This document shows, in pieces, positions 1-10,225 of a stretch of DNA of 64,000 nt. The notes beneath the pieces are model-generated. The model saw only the letters and a list, made by a program, of their open reading frames with translations. It did not search any database and had not been told where the DNA came from. Each line of letters starts with the position of its first letter. The first letter of the stretch is position 1. Origin of the DNA: an uncultured Verrucomicrobiae bacterium. GTDB taxonomy: Bacteria; Verrucomicrobiota; Verrucomicrobiia; Limisphaerales; UBA11358. Position numbers and translations under genes: made by a program. The stretch is from the NCBI GenBank assembly GCA_963827205.1, contig CAWHAH010000002.1, positions 57,369 through 121,368 on the forward strand. Reading direction: 5' to 3'.

Positions 1-747
1 GGGCGTGGGTGCCGAACCGTAACCGAGCGGCGCCCACGAGTGAAACGGCCAGAGCGAAACCAGGATTCCAAATCCGAATAACAGCAGCGGGAAGATAAAA
101 TTTTGCGCGGTGACCGCCAGCGGATGATTTTCGTCGTGGACATAACGAATAAGCTTCGGAATGTCGAATGTGTTCGCGCCGGATTGGAGGTAAAGCGCGA
201 TGAGGCCGATGAGCGCGATGAGCGCGCCGACGCTCAGGTAAAGCGTGATCTGGAACGTCGCGTAATTCTTGCGTTCGCCGCGGCCCCAGACGCCGATCAT
301 GATGAACGTCGGCACCAGCGCGAGTTCGTGCAGGAAATAAAAGAAAAACAAATCGAGCGACGCGAACGCGCCAAGGATGCCGCCGCTCATGACCAGCAAC
401 AGGATGTAAAATTCCTTCTCGCGCTCCTTGATTTCCCACGAGCAGCACGCCGCCGCGAATGCCACGATGGCGCCCATCAAAATCAGCCCGACGTTCAGGC
501 CATCCACGCCAACGTGATAGCTGATGCCGAGCGATTCGACCCACGAAATCTGCTGAACGAAGCGATAACCGTCCACATCCGCCGGAGCCCCGGCGTATTG
601 GCAAAACATCTTCACCGCCAGCACGGCTGAGATGAGAGTCGCCAGGACCGCGATGGCGCGTATGACGACGCGGTAATTGCGCGGCACCAGCACCAGCCCC
701 AGCGCCGCCAGCAGCGGCCAACCCAAAATGTAAGTCAGAATGGACAT
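1..747 (-). CDS. nuoM: NADH-quinone oxidoreductase subunit M (runs off the window)
   Basis: Hand translation from ATG 747: MSILTYILGWPLLAALG...YHVGVDGLN...SLDLFFFYFLHELALVPTFIMIGVWG...LWPFHSWAP; follows nuoL. Confidence 0.93.
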   Translation of the reverse strand, partial: MSILTYILGWPLLAALGLVLVPRNYRVVIRAIAVLATLISAVLAVKMFCQYAGAPADVDGYRFVQQISWVESLGISYHVGVDGLNVGLILMGAIVAFAAACCSWEIKEREKEFYILLLVMSGGILGAFASLDLFFFYFLHELALVPTFIMIGVWGRGERKNYATFQITLYLSVGALIALIGLIALYLQSGANTFDIPKLIRYVHDENHPLAVTAQNFIFPLLLFGFGILVSLWPFHSWAPLGYGSAPTP

Positions 748-802
748 CAGTTGCAAAATCCAGATTCCGAGAGTTGAAATTTGAAATAAGAGGGAACGCT
801 CG

Positions 803-934
803 CCCTCACCCTGACCCTCTCCCCCAGGGAGAGGGAACAGCAAAGATCGCTGCCCGAAATTTCCAGTGGTGCTCGCCTCGCCAACCGATTGACGACAATT
901 CTCCCTCTCCTGGGGGAGAGGGCCAGGGTGAGGG
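803..934. repeat. Inverted pair of CCCTCACCCyGrCCCTCTCCC..GGGAGAGGG palindromic units (REPIN/MITE-like)
   Basis: Unit at 803-836 and reverse-complement unit at 903-934; related pairs at 9819, 23863, 39723, 48108. Confidence 0.85.
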
Positions 935-979
935 CGGACCAAGCACCACTCACTTCAATGCGTTTGTTGTCGTTGATTA

Positions 980-2855
980 TCATTTTCCCAAAACGAAATA
1001 GAGCACCACCGCCACGCCGAACACAAACAGCAAGGCGTAGGTCTGGAGGTTGCCGGTTTGCAACAGGCGCAGCGCGCGGCCCGTAAAATCCGTGCCGCCG
1101 CGAACCAGCCCGATGCAAAAGCCTTCGACGAACCAGCGGTCAATCCAATCGGCAACCGCCGCGATGAAATCATGCAGGCGGATGACCGTGGCTTCGTAAA
1201 TTTCGTCGAAGTAAAACTTGTTTCTCATCGCAGTCGCCAATCCGCCGAGTTTTTCCGGTAACGGGTCCTTGTCGGCTTTGGCGTAAAGCGTGAACGCGCC
1301 GAAGAAACCGACGATGACGGCGAGAATTCCGAGCGACGCGGCCAGCGGCGCTTGCGCGAACGGTTCAATCAAAGTTTGCGCGAAGCCGGCGGATGGCTCC
1401 GCTCCGCCGACAAACATCGCGTGATAAATTCCTTGAATGCCGATCACGCCGCCAATGACGCTGAACAGAGCGAGCGCAATCAGCGGCCACGTCATCACGG
1501 CGGGGGATTCGTGCGCGTGCGAGGCGATCTCGGACTTTTCCTTGCCAAAGAAAACGACGAAGAACAGCCGGAACAGTGTAAAACGTCGTCAGGCCGGCGA
1601 TAAAAACACCGTTCACGAAAAGCAGGTAATTATGCTGATCGCAGAGCTTGTGCGAGGATGCTGAATCCTTGCTGAATAAAACCGCTCAACGGCGGCACGC
1701 CCGCAAGCGCCAGCGTGCCGATGAGAACGTCCAGAACGTGACGGGCATTTTCTTTCTCAGGCCGCCCATTTTCCAGATGTCCTGCTCGTCATGCAGCGCG
1801 TGGATGACCGAGCCGGCGCCGAGAAACAGCAGCGCCTTGAAAAACGCGTGTGTCGTCAGATGAAACATCGCCGGCGTCGGGCCGGCCAGGCCGACCGCCA
1901 TGACCATGTAACCGAGTTGCGAGAGCGTCGAGTAGGCGAGGATGCGTTTGATGTCGTTTTGCTGGACGGCAATCGATCGCGGCGAGCAGCGCGGTGAAAC
2001 CGCCAATGTAGGCGATGACGTGCAGCGCGTCGGCGTTGAGCAAAAACAAAACGCGGCAGAGCATGTAAACGCCGGCGGCCACCATCGTCGCGGCGTGGAT
2101 CAAGCGCGCTGACCGGCGTCGGGCCTTCCATGGCGTCCGGCAACCAGACGTGCAGCGGGAATTGCGCGGATTTGCCCATCGCGCCGCAGAAAATCAAAAG
2201 GCCGGCAATAGTGGCCATCGTTCCGAGCGCCGCGGGATTTGCGGCGAGCGTTGAGTTTGCAAGTTGCGAAAAATTCAGCGAACCGAGCGTGGCCCACACC
2301 ACCAGAATGCCCAGCAAAAATCCGAAGTCGCCGAGGCGATTGGTGAAGAACGCTTTTTTCGCCGCATCGGCCGCGCTGGGTTTTTCAAACCAGAACCCGA
2401 TGAGCAGGTAGCTGGACACGCCGACCAGTTCCCAGAAGATGAACAGTCTCGATGAAATTGTTCGCCAGCACGATGCCGAGCATCGAAAACGTGAACAGGC
2501 TCATGCACGCGAAGAAGCGCGCCATGCTCCGGTCGGCGTCCATGTAGCCGTAGGAATAAATGTGGATCGCGCCGCCGACGCCGGTGACAATGAGCATCAT
2601 CATCTCGCTCAGGCGGTCGAGCTTCAGGCCGAAGTCAATGTTCAGGTTGCCGATGGACAGCCAGTTGACGGCAGTCTCGGCGGTGAGCCAGCCGTTGACC
2701 GCGATGAAGGCGACGGTGGAGACGAAGCCGATGACAATCGCACCGATGGACAAGAGAGCGCTCACGTTGCGATGTTTCAACGTGAACAGCGTGATGACCG
2801 CCGCGGAAATGAGCGGCAGGAACAGAATCAGCCAGGGCAGATATTCGTATTTCAT
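980..2855 (-). CDS. nuoL: NADH-quinone oxidoreductase subunit L, split by several frameshifts (likely sequencing indels)
   Basis: Consecutive ORF fragments carry NuoL motifs: [83 protein letters not shown]. Confidence 0.9.
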
Positions 2856-2858
2856 CCG

Positions 2859-3164
2859 TTAGAGCTTCATCGTGGTCAGGTCTTCGACGTGCGCCGACTG
2901 GCGTTTACGGTAAAGCGCGACGATGAGCGCCAGGCCCACCGCCACTTCCGCCGCCGCAACGGTGATGATGAAAAAGACCAGGACCTGGCCGTCCAGTTTG
3001 TTGTTGAACCGTGAAAAGGAAACGAGCGCGAGATTGGCCGCGTTGAGCATCAGTTCCAGCGACATGTAAATGACGAGCAGATTGCGCCGCATGATCACGC
3101 CCAACAATCCAAGGGCGAACAACAAGAAACTCACCGTCAAATAATGTTCTAAGCCTACGTTCAT
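2859..3164 (-). CDS. nuoK: NADH-quinone oxidoreductase subunit K
   Basis: 101 aa; RRNLL..MSLELMLNAANL, VAAAEVAVGLAL. Confidence 0.96.
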   Translation of the reverse strand: MNVGLEHYLTVSFLLFALGLLGVIMRRNLLVIYMSLELMLNAANLALVSFSRFNNKLDGQVLVFFIITVAAAEVAVGLALIVALYRKRQSAHVEDLTTMKL

Positions 3165-3176
3165 ATTTTCGATAAC

Positions 3177-3247
3177 GAGGATGGAGGATGGAGAATAGAG
3201 GATGGAATCAGCACGAGCGCGTCGCCATCTTCCATCTTCAATCCTCT
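3177..3247. repeat. Inverted 7-bp-period array (GAGGATG)n...(CCATCTT)n
   Basis: gaggatg gaggatg gagaata gaggatg ... ccatctt ccatctt caatcct in the nuoJ-nuoK gap. Confidence 0.75.
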
Positions 3248-3258
3248 GTCTTCGCTTC

Positions 3259-3768
3259 TCATTTCAGGTCTTTCTTGCTCAACAAAATCACGCCCACCAT
3301 CGCCACCAACAGCAGCACCGAGACGACTTCAAACGGCAGCACGTATTGGGTAAACAGGAGGTGGCCAAGCGCGGCGGTTCCGCCTTCAAGTTGCGGCGCG
3401 GGCAAATCCGAGCCTGGATGGGCCGTTTTCAACGCCTTCAAGGAAATCGCCACGATGGCACCGACGGAAACCAACCCGCCCACCAATCCGAACATTTTGA
3501 TTTTGCGGCGCTGTTCCTCCTTCAAATCCAGCAGCATGATGACAAACAGGAACAGCACGATGACCGCGCCGGCATAGACGATGATTTGGACGGCGGCGAG
3601 GAAGAACGCGTGCAGCAGCACGAACAAGCCGGCCAACGAAACGATGGTCAGCACCAGAAACATCGCGCTCGTGACCGGGCTGCGGCTGAACGGATTGGCC
3701 ACGACGAGGACGCCGCACAACAGCGTCAGCGCCGCAAACACGTAAAATAAAATGTCAGGCAGTCCCAT
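3259..3768 (-). CDS. nuoJ: NADH-quinone oxidoreductase subunit J
   Basis: AAVQIIVYAGAVIVLFLFVIMLL, YVLPFEVVSVLLLVAMVG. Confidence 0.96.
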   Translation of the reverse strand: MGLPDILFYVFAALTLLCGVLVVANPFSRSPVTSAMFLVLTIVSLAGLFVLLHAFFLAAVQIIVYAGAVIVLFLFVIMLLDLKEEQRRKIKMFGLVGGLVSVGAIVAISLKALKTAHPGSDLPAPQLEGGTAALGHLLFTQYVLPFEVVSVLLLVAMVGVILLSKKDLK

Positions 3769-3772
3769 TTAG

Positions 3773-3900
3773 AAATTCCAAATTCCAAGCTCCAAGCTCC
3801 AGAGAAAATTCATACTCCCAAAATCCAAAGTGCTACGCCAATGGATTGAAGCTTGAGATTTGGAGTTTCTCTGGATTTTGGATGTTGGTGCCTGGAGTTT
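3773..3900. repeat. Inverted 7-bp-period array (AAxTCCA)n...(TTGGAxx)n
   Basis: aattcca aattcca agctcca agctcca ... ttggagtttctctggattttggatgttggtgcctggagttt; related copy at 38402-38523. Confidence 0.8.
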
Positions 3901-3905
3901 CATTC

Positions 3906-4463
3906 TCAAACCTTCACTGGAAAAGTTTCCTGTTCCTTCGCTTCCTCCAACTTGTGTTGCCATTTCTGGATGCCGCCGTGCGTGCCGCCGAGAGCGAGGA
4001 GCTTTTCCTTGTCGTAAATCATCTCGTCGCGGCTCTGGCCCGTGAGCGAGTAATCCTTCAACAGGAAAATGGCCTCCTCCGGGCAGACTTCCTGGCAGAA
4101 ACCGCAGTAAATGCAGCGCAGCATGTTGATTTCAAATTCCAGCGGCGTTTTTTCCGCATTCGGACGGTCGGCCAACGGGCCGGTTGGGCCGGGTGGAATG
4201 ATTTTGATGGCCTTCGGCGGGCAAACGAATTCGCAAAGCTGACAGCTGACACACTTGGTGTTGCCGTCTTGGTCGCGCACGAGATAGGGCGCGCCGCGAT
4301 AATCCAGCGGCACGGCCCATTTCTGCTCGGGATACTCCATCGTGACGGTTTTGCCGCCGAACAACGAGCGGAACAAATGCCGGGCCGTGACCTTGAATCC
4401 ACCGACAATCGCCGGCAGATAAAGTCGTTCCCAAAACGTCAATGGTTTGCGATTAACGATCAT
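3906..4463 (-). CDS. nuoI: NADH-quinone oxidoreductase subunit I
   Basis: Two CxxCxxCxxxCP motifs; ATG overlaps the nuoH stop (ATGA). Confidence 0.96.
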   Translation of the reverse strand: MIVNRKPLTFWERLYLPAIVGGFKVTARHLFRSLFGGKTVTMEYPEQKWAVPLDYRGAPYLVRDQDGNTKCVSCQLCEFVCPPKAIKIIPPGPTGPLADRPNAEKTPLEFEINMLRCIYCGFCQEVCPEEAIFLLKDYSLTGQSRDEMIYDKEKLLALGGTHGGIQKWQHKLEEAKEQETFPVKV

Positions 4464-5524
4464 CTGACTCTCATCCACAGCACAACCGCCGTCACCAGAA
4501 TGTTCACGAGCGCCAGCGGTACGAACCGCCGCCAGCCCAGGTCCATCAGTTGGTCATACCGGAAACGCGGAAACATCCAGCGCACCCAGATGAACAGCAC
4601 CATGAACAGCAGCATCTTCACCAAAAAAATCAAGATGTGCGCGAGGCCCGCACCCAGGGTTGCCGCCGGATGGTCCAGTCCCCAGAACGGCAGCGTCCAG
4701 CCGCCGAAAAACAGCGTCACCATCATCGCCGCTGACGCAATCATGTTGGAATATTCGCCGAGGAAAAACAGCGCGAATTTCATTGAGCTGTATTCGGTGT
4801 GATAGCCGCCGACCAGCTCGGTTTCCGCCTCGGGCAAATCGAACGGCAGGCGGTTGGTTTCGGCAAACGACGCGACGAGGAAAATGATGAATGAAACCGG
4901 TGAGAAAAACACCAGCCAGCCGTGTTGCGCCTGCCAGCCGATGATGTGGCTCAGATTCAGACTGCCCACGATCAGCAACACGGGGATCACCGACATGCCC
5001 ATCGAAATCTCATAGGAAATCATCTGCGCACTGGATCGGATGCCGCCGAGGAACGGATATTTCGAGTTCGCCGCGTAGCCCGCGAGCACGATGCCGTAAA
5101 CGCCCAGCGACACGATGCCGAACGTGTAGAGGATGCCGACGTTCAAATCGGCGATGACCATTTTCTGATGGCCGAGTTGTGAGCCGAAGGGGATCACCGC
5201 GATCACGAGCATCGACGGAATGATCGCCAGCGCCGGCGCGAGCCAGAAGTAAATTTTCCGCACGCCCGCCGGCGTGAAATCTTCCTTCAGGAAAAATTTC
5301 AAGCCGTCCGCCAGCGGCTGGAAAATGCCGAGGCGGGTCAAAGCCGGACCGACCACCGGAATGTATTTCATGAAGGGCGGCGCCGCGCGGTTCGGTCCGA
5401 CGCGGTCCTGAATCCACGCCGAAATCTTGCGCTCGGCCAGAACCGCATAGGCCACCATGCCCTGCACCACGCCGATGACGATGGCGATTTTTATGAGGCT
5501 GAAGATGACGAAATCCCAATTCAT
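4460..5524 (-). CDS. nuoH: NADH-quinone oxidoreductase subunit H
   Basis: ERKISAWIQDRVGPNR, QPLADGLK, ETNRLPFDLPEAETEL, PRFRYDQLM. Confidence 0.97.
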   Translation of the reverse strand: MNWDFVIFSLIKIAIVIGVVQGMVAYAVLAERKISAWIQDRVGPNRAAPPFMKYIPVVGPALTRLGIFQPLADGLKFFLKEDFTPAGVRKIYFWLAPALAIIPSMLVIAVIPFGSQLGHQKMVIADLNVGILYTFGIVSLGVYGIVLAGYAANSKYPFLGGIRSSAQMISYEISMGMSVIPVLLIVGSLNLSHIIGWQAQHGWLVFFSPVSFIIFLVASFAETNRLPFDLPEAETELVGGYHTEYSSMKFALFFLGEYSNMIASAAMMVTLFFGGWTLPFWGLDHPAATLGAGLAHILIFLVKMLLFMVLFIWVRWMFPRFRYDQLMDLGWRRFVPLALVNILVTAVVLWMRVR

Positions 5525-5525
5525 T

Positions 5526-7214
5526 TTAGATTGGCACCGTCACACCCGTGTTGCCGAGGCTCGCCCACGTCAAACCGTTGAACGCAGGCACGTCCTTGGC
5601 CATCTCGTTGAACAACCCTTCAATACTCAGGAAACCGTCCTGGCCGGTGACGTTGTAAACCAGATCGTGCAAAAATTCCCACTCGGGCCGCGCTTCGCCG
5701 GGCGCTTCGACCGCCTTCATGAATTTCTGGACGCGGCCCTTGACGTTCGTGAACGTTCCGCGTTTCTCGACCTGCGCGCTCCCGGGCAACAGATAATGCG
5801 CCAGCTTCGTCGTCGCGTTCGGCAAAATGTCGCTGACGATGAGCGTCTCCAGTTTGCCGAGCAATTCGGCGTCAATGCCGCTCTTCGTCACGTCTTCGCC
5901 GAAAACAATCAACGTCTTGATCTTTCCGGCCCGGATGAATTCGGCGATGGGCATGAGCTTGATGCCCACGCTCGCCTGGCAAATGCCGATGAGCCGGGCG
6001 CCGGTCTTGTTCGGATTACGGTCGGCGTTCAACAACAGCTTGTCGCCCTCGCCAAAACGCCCGACCGAATCGGTCACCGCCCCGAATTTGTCCGCCAGCT
6101 TTTTGAGCAGCCACAATTCCTCGTTCGTCTGCCGGGCCGAAGCGATGATGGCCACCGAACCGTGCGGTGCCTTTTTCAGTTTGTCGGCAATTTCATTGAG
6201 TGCGGCCGTCCAGGTCGTTTTCCGGCCGCGAACCAGAACGTCCTTCAACCGGTCTTCGCGATGAATCCACCTGTAATTCAAACGTCCGTAATCGCACATC
6301 CAGCACGCGTTGACGGCGTCGTTTTCGCGCGGCGTGTAGCGGTAAACTTTTTCTTCGCGCGAGCCGACGATGATGTTGCAGCCCGTCGCACAGCTTGTGC
6401 AGACACTCTTGGTTTCCTTGAGGAACCAGACGCGCATCTGGAACCGGAAATCCTTCGAGGTGAGCGCGCCGACGGGACAAATGTCCACGGTGTTCAGCGT
6501 GTAATTGTTGTCGAACACCTTGCCCGGATACGCCGTGAGCGTGTTGTAACTGCCGCGATTGACGATGCCGAGCGCGTCGTCGCCCGCGATGTCCCGCGTG
6601 AACCGGATGCAGCGCGTGCACAGGATGCAGCGTTCGTCGTCGAGCACGATGCGCGGACCGAGGTCAACCGCCTTCGGTTTGTGAACCTTCGGCTCGACAA
6701 AGCGGCTCGCGCTCTGGCCATAATCCACCGAGTATTCCTGCAACTTGCATTCGCCCGCCTGGTCGCAAATCGGGCAATCGAGCGGATGATTGATGAGCAG
6801 GAATTCGAGCACGCCCCGGCGCATCTGTTTCACGCTGGGCGTGTTTGTGTAGATTTCCATGCCGGGCGATATCGGTGTGGCACAGGCAATGGCCGGACGC
6901 GGCGACTTCATGATTTTGGGCGTGCCGTCGGGATTCAAGATCGGCTTGCGATCCGGACCAAGCGCCGGCGTGCCGAACTCGACGAGGCACATGCGGCAAT
7001 TGCCGGCTACCGGCAACTTCGGGTGATAGCAATAATGCGGGACTTCCATCCGCGCCAGTTCGCACGCCTGGATCATCGTGGTCGGAATCGGCTTGCCGGA
7101 AATCGGGTCGGGCATCGTTTTCGGCACTCCGATCTCGCACCCATCCACCTTCACCTTGATTTTTTCAATCGCCGGTGCGGCGGGCTTTGTTTCCGTTGTG
7201 GCGGTGGTGCTCAC
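5526..7214 (-). CDS. nuoG: NADH-quinone oxidoreductase subunit G (short, 562 aa)
   Basis: CYHPKLPVAGNCRMCLVE, HPLDCPICDQAGECKLQ, RCILCTRCIRF, CTSCATGC. Confidence 0.94.
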   Translation of the reverse strand: MSTTATTETKPAAPAIEKIKVKVDGCEIGVPKTMPDPISGKPIPTTMIQACELARMEVPHYCYHPKLPVAGNCRMCLVEFGTPALGPDRKPILNPDGTPKIMKSPRPAIACATPISPGMEIYTNTPSVKQMRRGVLEFLLINHPLDCPICDQAGECKLQEYSVDYGQSASRFVEPKVHKPKAVDLGPRIVLDDERCILCTRCIRFTRDIAGDDALGIVNRGSYNTLTAYPGKVFDNNYTLNTVDICPVGALTSKDFRFQMRVWFLKETKSVCTSCATGCNIIVGSREEKVYRYTPRENDAVNACWMCDYGRLNYRWIHREDRLKDVLVRGRKTTWTAALNEIADKLKKAPHGSVAIIASARQTNEELWLLKKLADKFGAVTDSVGRFGEGDKLLLNADRNPNKTGARLIGICQASVGIKLMPIAEFIRAGKIKTLIVFGEDVTKSGIDAELLGKLETLIVSDILPNATTKLAHYLLPGSAQVEKRGTFTNVKGRVQKFMKAVEAPGEARPEWEFLHDLVYNVTGQDGFLSIEGLFNEMAKDVPAFNGLTWASLGNTGVTVPI

Positions 7215-7215
7215 T

Positions 7216-8277
7216 TCAATTTAATGCGCTTAAAACTTTGGTGAACCACTCCATGTCACCGGTTGAATCTTCGGATTTGCAAAAGACGTTAACGCTATAA
7301 CCGTCATTGCGAAATTCATTCTCGTTGAATCCGTTTTTCTTGAGAGCTTCTTCAATTTTAGCCTTTGCGGCTGGTTTAATTCCCACATCTTGTTTGTAAC
7401 AATAAAACCAAACGGACAGTCGCGGCCCAAGAGGGGCATTAGATTCGTATCCAAACCATCCCGCTACTTTTACTTCGGACTGAACGATTCGAGCTATCTT
7501 TGGAAAATCTTTCGGGACAATGCTCAATCCCAAAGCCTCTGGATCGACTTCTTTCAATAATTTATACCTAAAACCAACACCAAATTTTCCAAGGACGCCT
7601 ATTAGTATCGCCAACGGTTGTGTTGCTTGATTTGCAAGTTTCATATTTTTCATTCTCCTCGATGTAAAAATGGAAACCCCAAAACGTGCAAGACAGTCAT
7701 AAACCTCTGTTTCCAATTTTGTTTCCTCTGAAACTTCTTCTCGCAAGAATTTTGACCATTCAGCGGGAAAACAAATCAAGCTTGCATTCCTTTCTCCAGC
7801 TTTTGACCACGAAGCCTTTTTCTCGACCGTTATGTATTTCAAGCGAGCCCAATTTTCTTTGGCAGCAATTTGGGTGATTTCCCAACCATAACCGGCACAA
7901 CAACCATCTCTCGATGGCAGTTTAAATGCTGGGCTTGATGGGTTTTGGTGACCTGCAAGTTCGGCTCCAATCTTAAATTCAGTGACAATTAACGAATTGG
8001 AAGCTCTATGTTTGAGAACCAAATCCCCCCAGTTTTCAGGCTCTATCAAAATTTCCCAGCCATCCATCTCTGACGTGTCATTCAATCCGCAAACTTTTTC
8101 AAGAAAATGCTTTCGGAATCCAGAATCGTGCTCAAGGACAAAGCCGATTATACCAACTGCAAATCGCTCCTGCTGTTCCATGCGTTGTTTGCGAAGCGGA
8201 TCATCTTCGTCCAAGCCCGACCACCTCTGGCTTGAATACCTGCTGCGCTCAAAAAGAGTTGTAAAAGTCGGATACAT
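7216..8277 (-). CDS. Hypothetical protein with N-terminal PD-(D/E)XK nuclease-like motif
   Basis: 353-aa ORF, AT-richer than flanks; QERFAV...WGDLVLK...LIVTEFKIGAEL..HQ resembles the E...D...ExK...Q pattern. Confidence 0.6.
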   Translation of the reverse strand: MYPTFTTLFERSRYSSQRWSGLDEDDPLRKQRMEQQERFAVGIIGFVLEHDSGFRKHFLEKVCGLNDTSEMDGWEILIEPENWGDLVLKHRASNSLIVTEFKIGAELAGHQNPSSPAFKLPSRDGCCAGYGWEITQIAAKENWARLKYITVEKKASWSKAGERNASLICFPAEWSKFLREEVSEETKLETEVYDCLARFGVSIFTSRRMKNMKLANQATQPLAILIGVLGKFGVGFRYKLLKEVDPEALGLSIVPKDFPKIARIVQSEVKVAGWFGYESNAPLGPRLSVWFYCYKQDVGIKPAAKAKIEEALKKNGFNENEFRNDGYSVNVFCKSEDSTGDMEWFTKVLSALN

Positions 8278-8284
8278 TTTACCT

Positions 8285-9727
8285 TCAATGCGCGGTCGCT
8301 AATTCTTTTCGTTCCGTTGGCGTCGTGGCCGTTTCAACATTTTCCTTCGCGCGGCGTTCCTCGTCGGCCTTGCCCTTGGCGACAAATTCGTCTTTGAACT
8401 TCGCGATAAAACTTTGCACCGGCCACGAGCAGGCCTCGCCAAAGGCGCAAATCGTGCGGCCGCCGGGAATATTGTCGGCGATTTTCACCAGGTAATCGGC
8501 GTCGCTCGCGCGGCCTTCGCCGTGCGTGAGCCGATGGAGCGCCTTGCTCATCCAGAGTGAACCTTCGCGGCAGGGCGTGCACTGGCCGCAGCTTTCGTGC
8601 GCGTAAAATTCGGCAATGTTCGCCAGCGCTTCGACGATATCGGTCGAATCGTCCATCACGATGATGGCGCTGGAGCCGCTCATCGAACCGGCGGCGATGA
8701 GCGAATCGAAATCATAAGGCAAATCGAGCATGTCCACTTCCTGTTCGACGACCTGGCCGTCCGGGCCTTTGCGCTTGAGCTTGAATTTCTCGCCCGCCTT
8801 GAAAACTTTCGCCGACGAACCGCCGGGAATGACAGCCTTCAACGAACGTCCGGGACGCAGTCCCCCGCCAAACGCCGGATCGTTGATGAGCTGGCCGATG
8901 GTGACCTTGCCGGTCTCGATTTCGTAATAGCCGGGGCGCTTGACGTGGCCGCTGAGGCTGACGATGCGCGTACCGGTATTGTTCGGCGTGCCGAGTTTCG
9001 CATATTCCGCGCCGCCCATTGCGACGATATGCTTCACGTTGCAAAGCGTTTCGACGTTGTTGACGATGGTCGGACACATCCACAAGCCGAGCACCGCCGG
9101 AAAATACGGCGGTTTGATACGCGGATATGGCCGTTTGCCTTCGAGCGATTCGATGAGGCCGGTTTCCTCGCCACAAATATAGGCGCCCGCGCCGCGATGA
9201 ATGTAAATTTCCAGATTGTAGCTGCTGCCCAAAATGTTTTTGCCGAGGAAATTTTTGGCGCGGGCTTCGGCCAATGCCTTGTTCAACAACTTCGCACCGT
9301 CGGGCATTTCGCCGCGGATGTAGATATAGGCCAGATGCACGTCGTTGGCGTAGCACGCGATGATGGTGCCTTCAAGCAACTGATGCGGGTCTTTGTAAAT
9401 GATTTGCCGGTCCTTGAACGTGCCCGGCTCGGATTCGTCAGCGTTGCAAATCAGGTAAATCGGTTTGCCACTTTTGCGGTCAACGAAACTCCATTTCAGA
9501 CCGCACGAAAATCCCGCGCCGCCGCGTCCGCGCAGGCCGGAGGTCATGACTTCCTGGCGGATTTGTTCCTGGGGTGATCGGGTCTTGCCGTCGGGCAAGT
9601 TTTGGGGCTGCATCGCCAGTACCTTTTTCAGAACTTCATAGCCGCCGTGGCGCAAATAGCATTCGATGTCGGGCGTGTAACCCGGCTGATCGGCATATTT
9701 CAAAATCAATTTGTATTCCTGCGGCAT
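8285..9727 (-). CDS. nuoF: NADH-quinone oxidoreductase subunit F
   Basis: GLRGRGGAGF, CNADESEPGTFKDR, GAGAYICGEETGL, ESCGQCTPCREG; start taken at ATG 9727. Confidence 0.97.
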   Translation of the reverse strand: MPQEYKLILKYADQPGYTPDIECYLRHGGYEVLKKVLAMQPQNLPDGKTRSPQEQIRQEVMTSGLRGRGGAGFSCGLKWSFVDRKSGKPIYLICNADESEPGTFKDRQIIYKDPHQLLEGTIIACYANDVHLAYIYIRGEMPDGAKLLNKALAEARAKNFLGKNILGSSYNLEIYIHRGAGAYICGEETGLIESLEGKRPYPRIKPPYFPAVLGLWMCPTIVNNVETLCNVKHIVAMGGAEYAKLGTPNNTGTRIVSLSGHVKRPGYYEIETGKVTIGQLINDPAFGGGLRPGRSLKAVIPGGSSAKVFKAGEKFKLKRKGPDGQVVEQEVDMLDLPYDFDSLIAAGSMSGSSAIIVMDDSTDIVEALANIAEFYAHESCGQCTPCREGSLWMSKALHRLTHGEGRASDADYLVKIADNIPGGRTICAFGEACSWPVQSFIAKFKDEFVAKGKADEERRAKENVETATTPTERKELATAH

Positions 9728-9818
9728 GGCTAATTGCGTGATGTCCGCCTCCGCTGTGCTCCGTCGCGACAAGCGTGATGCGTGATGCGTGATGCCCGAT
9801 AGTTTGTTGTTACGACCA

Positions 9819-10009
9819 CCCTCACCCCGGCCCTCTCCCCCAGGAGAGGGAGAATCATTTGCCGGTCACTGGCGGCTTTGAAATGACCGGCCATCGTGCG
9901 CTTATTGGCGCAAACGGCAGAGAAGCGGCGACTGCAACTGCGATGGGCAAATTTTCCAATGACACGCGCAACTTCCCCCTCTCCCCGGGGGAGAGGGCCG
10001 GGGTGAGGG
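9819..10009. repeat. Inverted pair of CCCTCACCC..GAGAGGG palindromic units
   Basis: ccctcaccccggccctctcccccaggagaggg at 9819; ccctctccccgggggagagggccggggtgaggg ending 10009. Confidence 0.85.
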
Positions 10010-10055
10010 CGAGCGTAAAGAGCATGCCTTTGTCGCAGGGAAACGGTTTGGCAGC

Positions 10056-10083
10056 TTGACTGGCCAACGAAACTGTTTAGCCT
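10056..10083 (+). promoter_or_regulatory. Putative sigma70 promoter of tRNA-Gln
   Basis: TTGACT-16 nt-TAGCCT, 16 nt upstream of the tRNA. Confidence 0.55.
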
Positions 10084-10099
10084 AGCCAATGCTCCGGCT

Positions 10100-10173
10100 T
10101 GCCCGATGGTGTAACGGTAGCACAGCAGACTCTGGATCTGTTTGTCATGGTTCAAATCCATGTCGGGCAGCCA
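10100..10173 (+). tRNA. tRNA-Gln(CTG)
   Basis: Acceptor TGCCCGA/TCGGGCA, anticodon arm GCAGA-CTCTGGA-TCTGT, T arm CATGG-TTCAAAT-CCATG, CCA end. Confidence 0.95.
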
Positions 10174-10225
10174 ACTGCCATTTGCGATTTTTGATTGACG
10201 ATTTACGAGTTGCATCAGCTCCAGT

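Noticed and set aside
747-1118. ORFs containing PHPDPLP / LLGERARVR (also near 9730-10272 and 39684-39881)
   Set aside because: Translations of the palindromic repeat family, not genes.
5457-7244. Long antisense ORFs (also 24032-25600, 25911-27236, 52496-53884, 57105-58262, 59556-60965)
   Set aside because: Shadow ORFs opposite well-supported genes in high-GC DNA.
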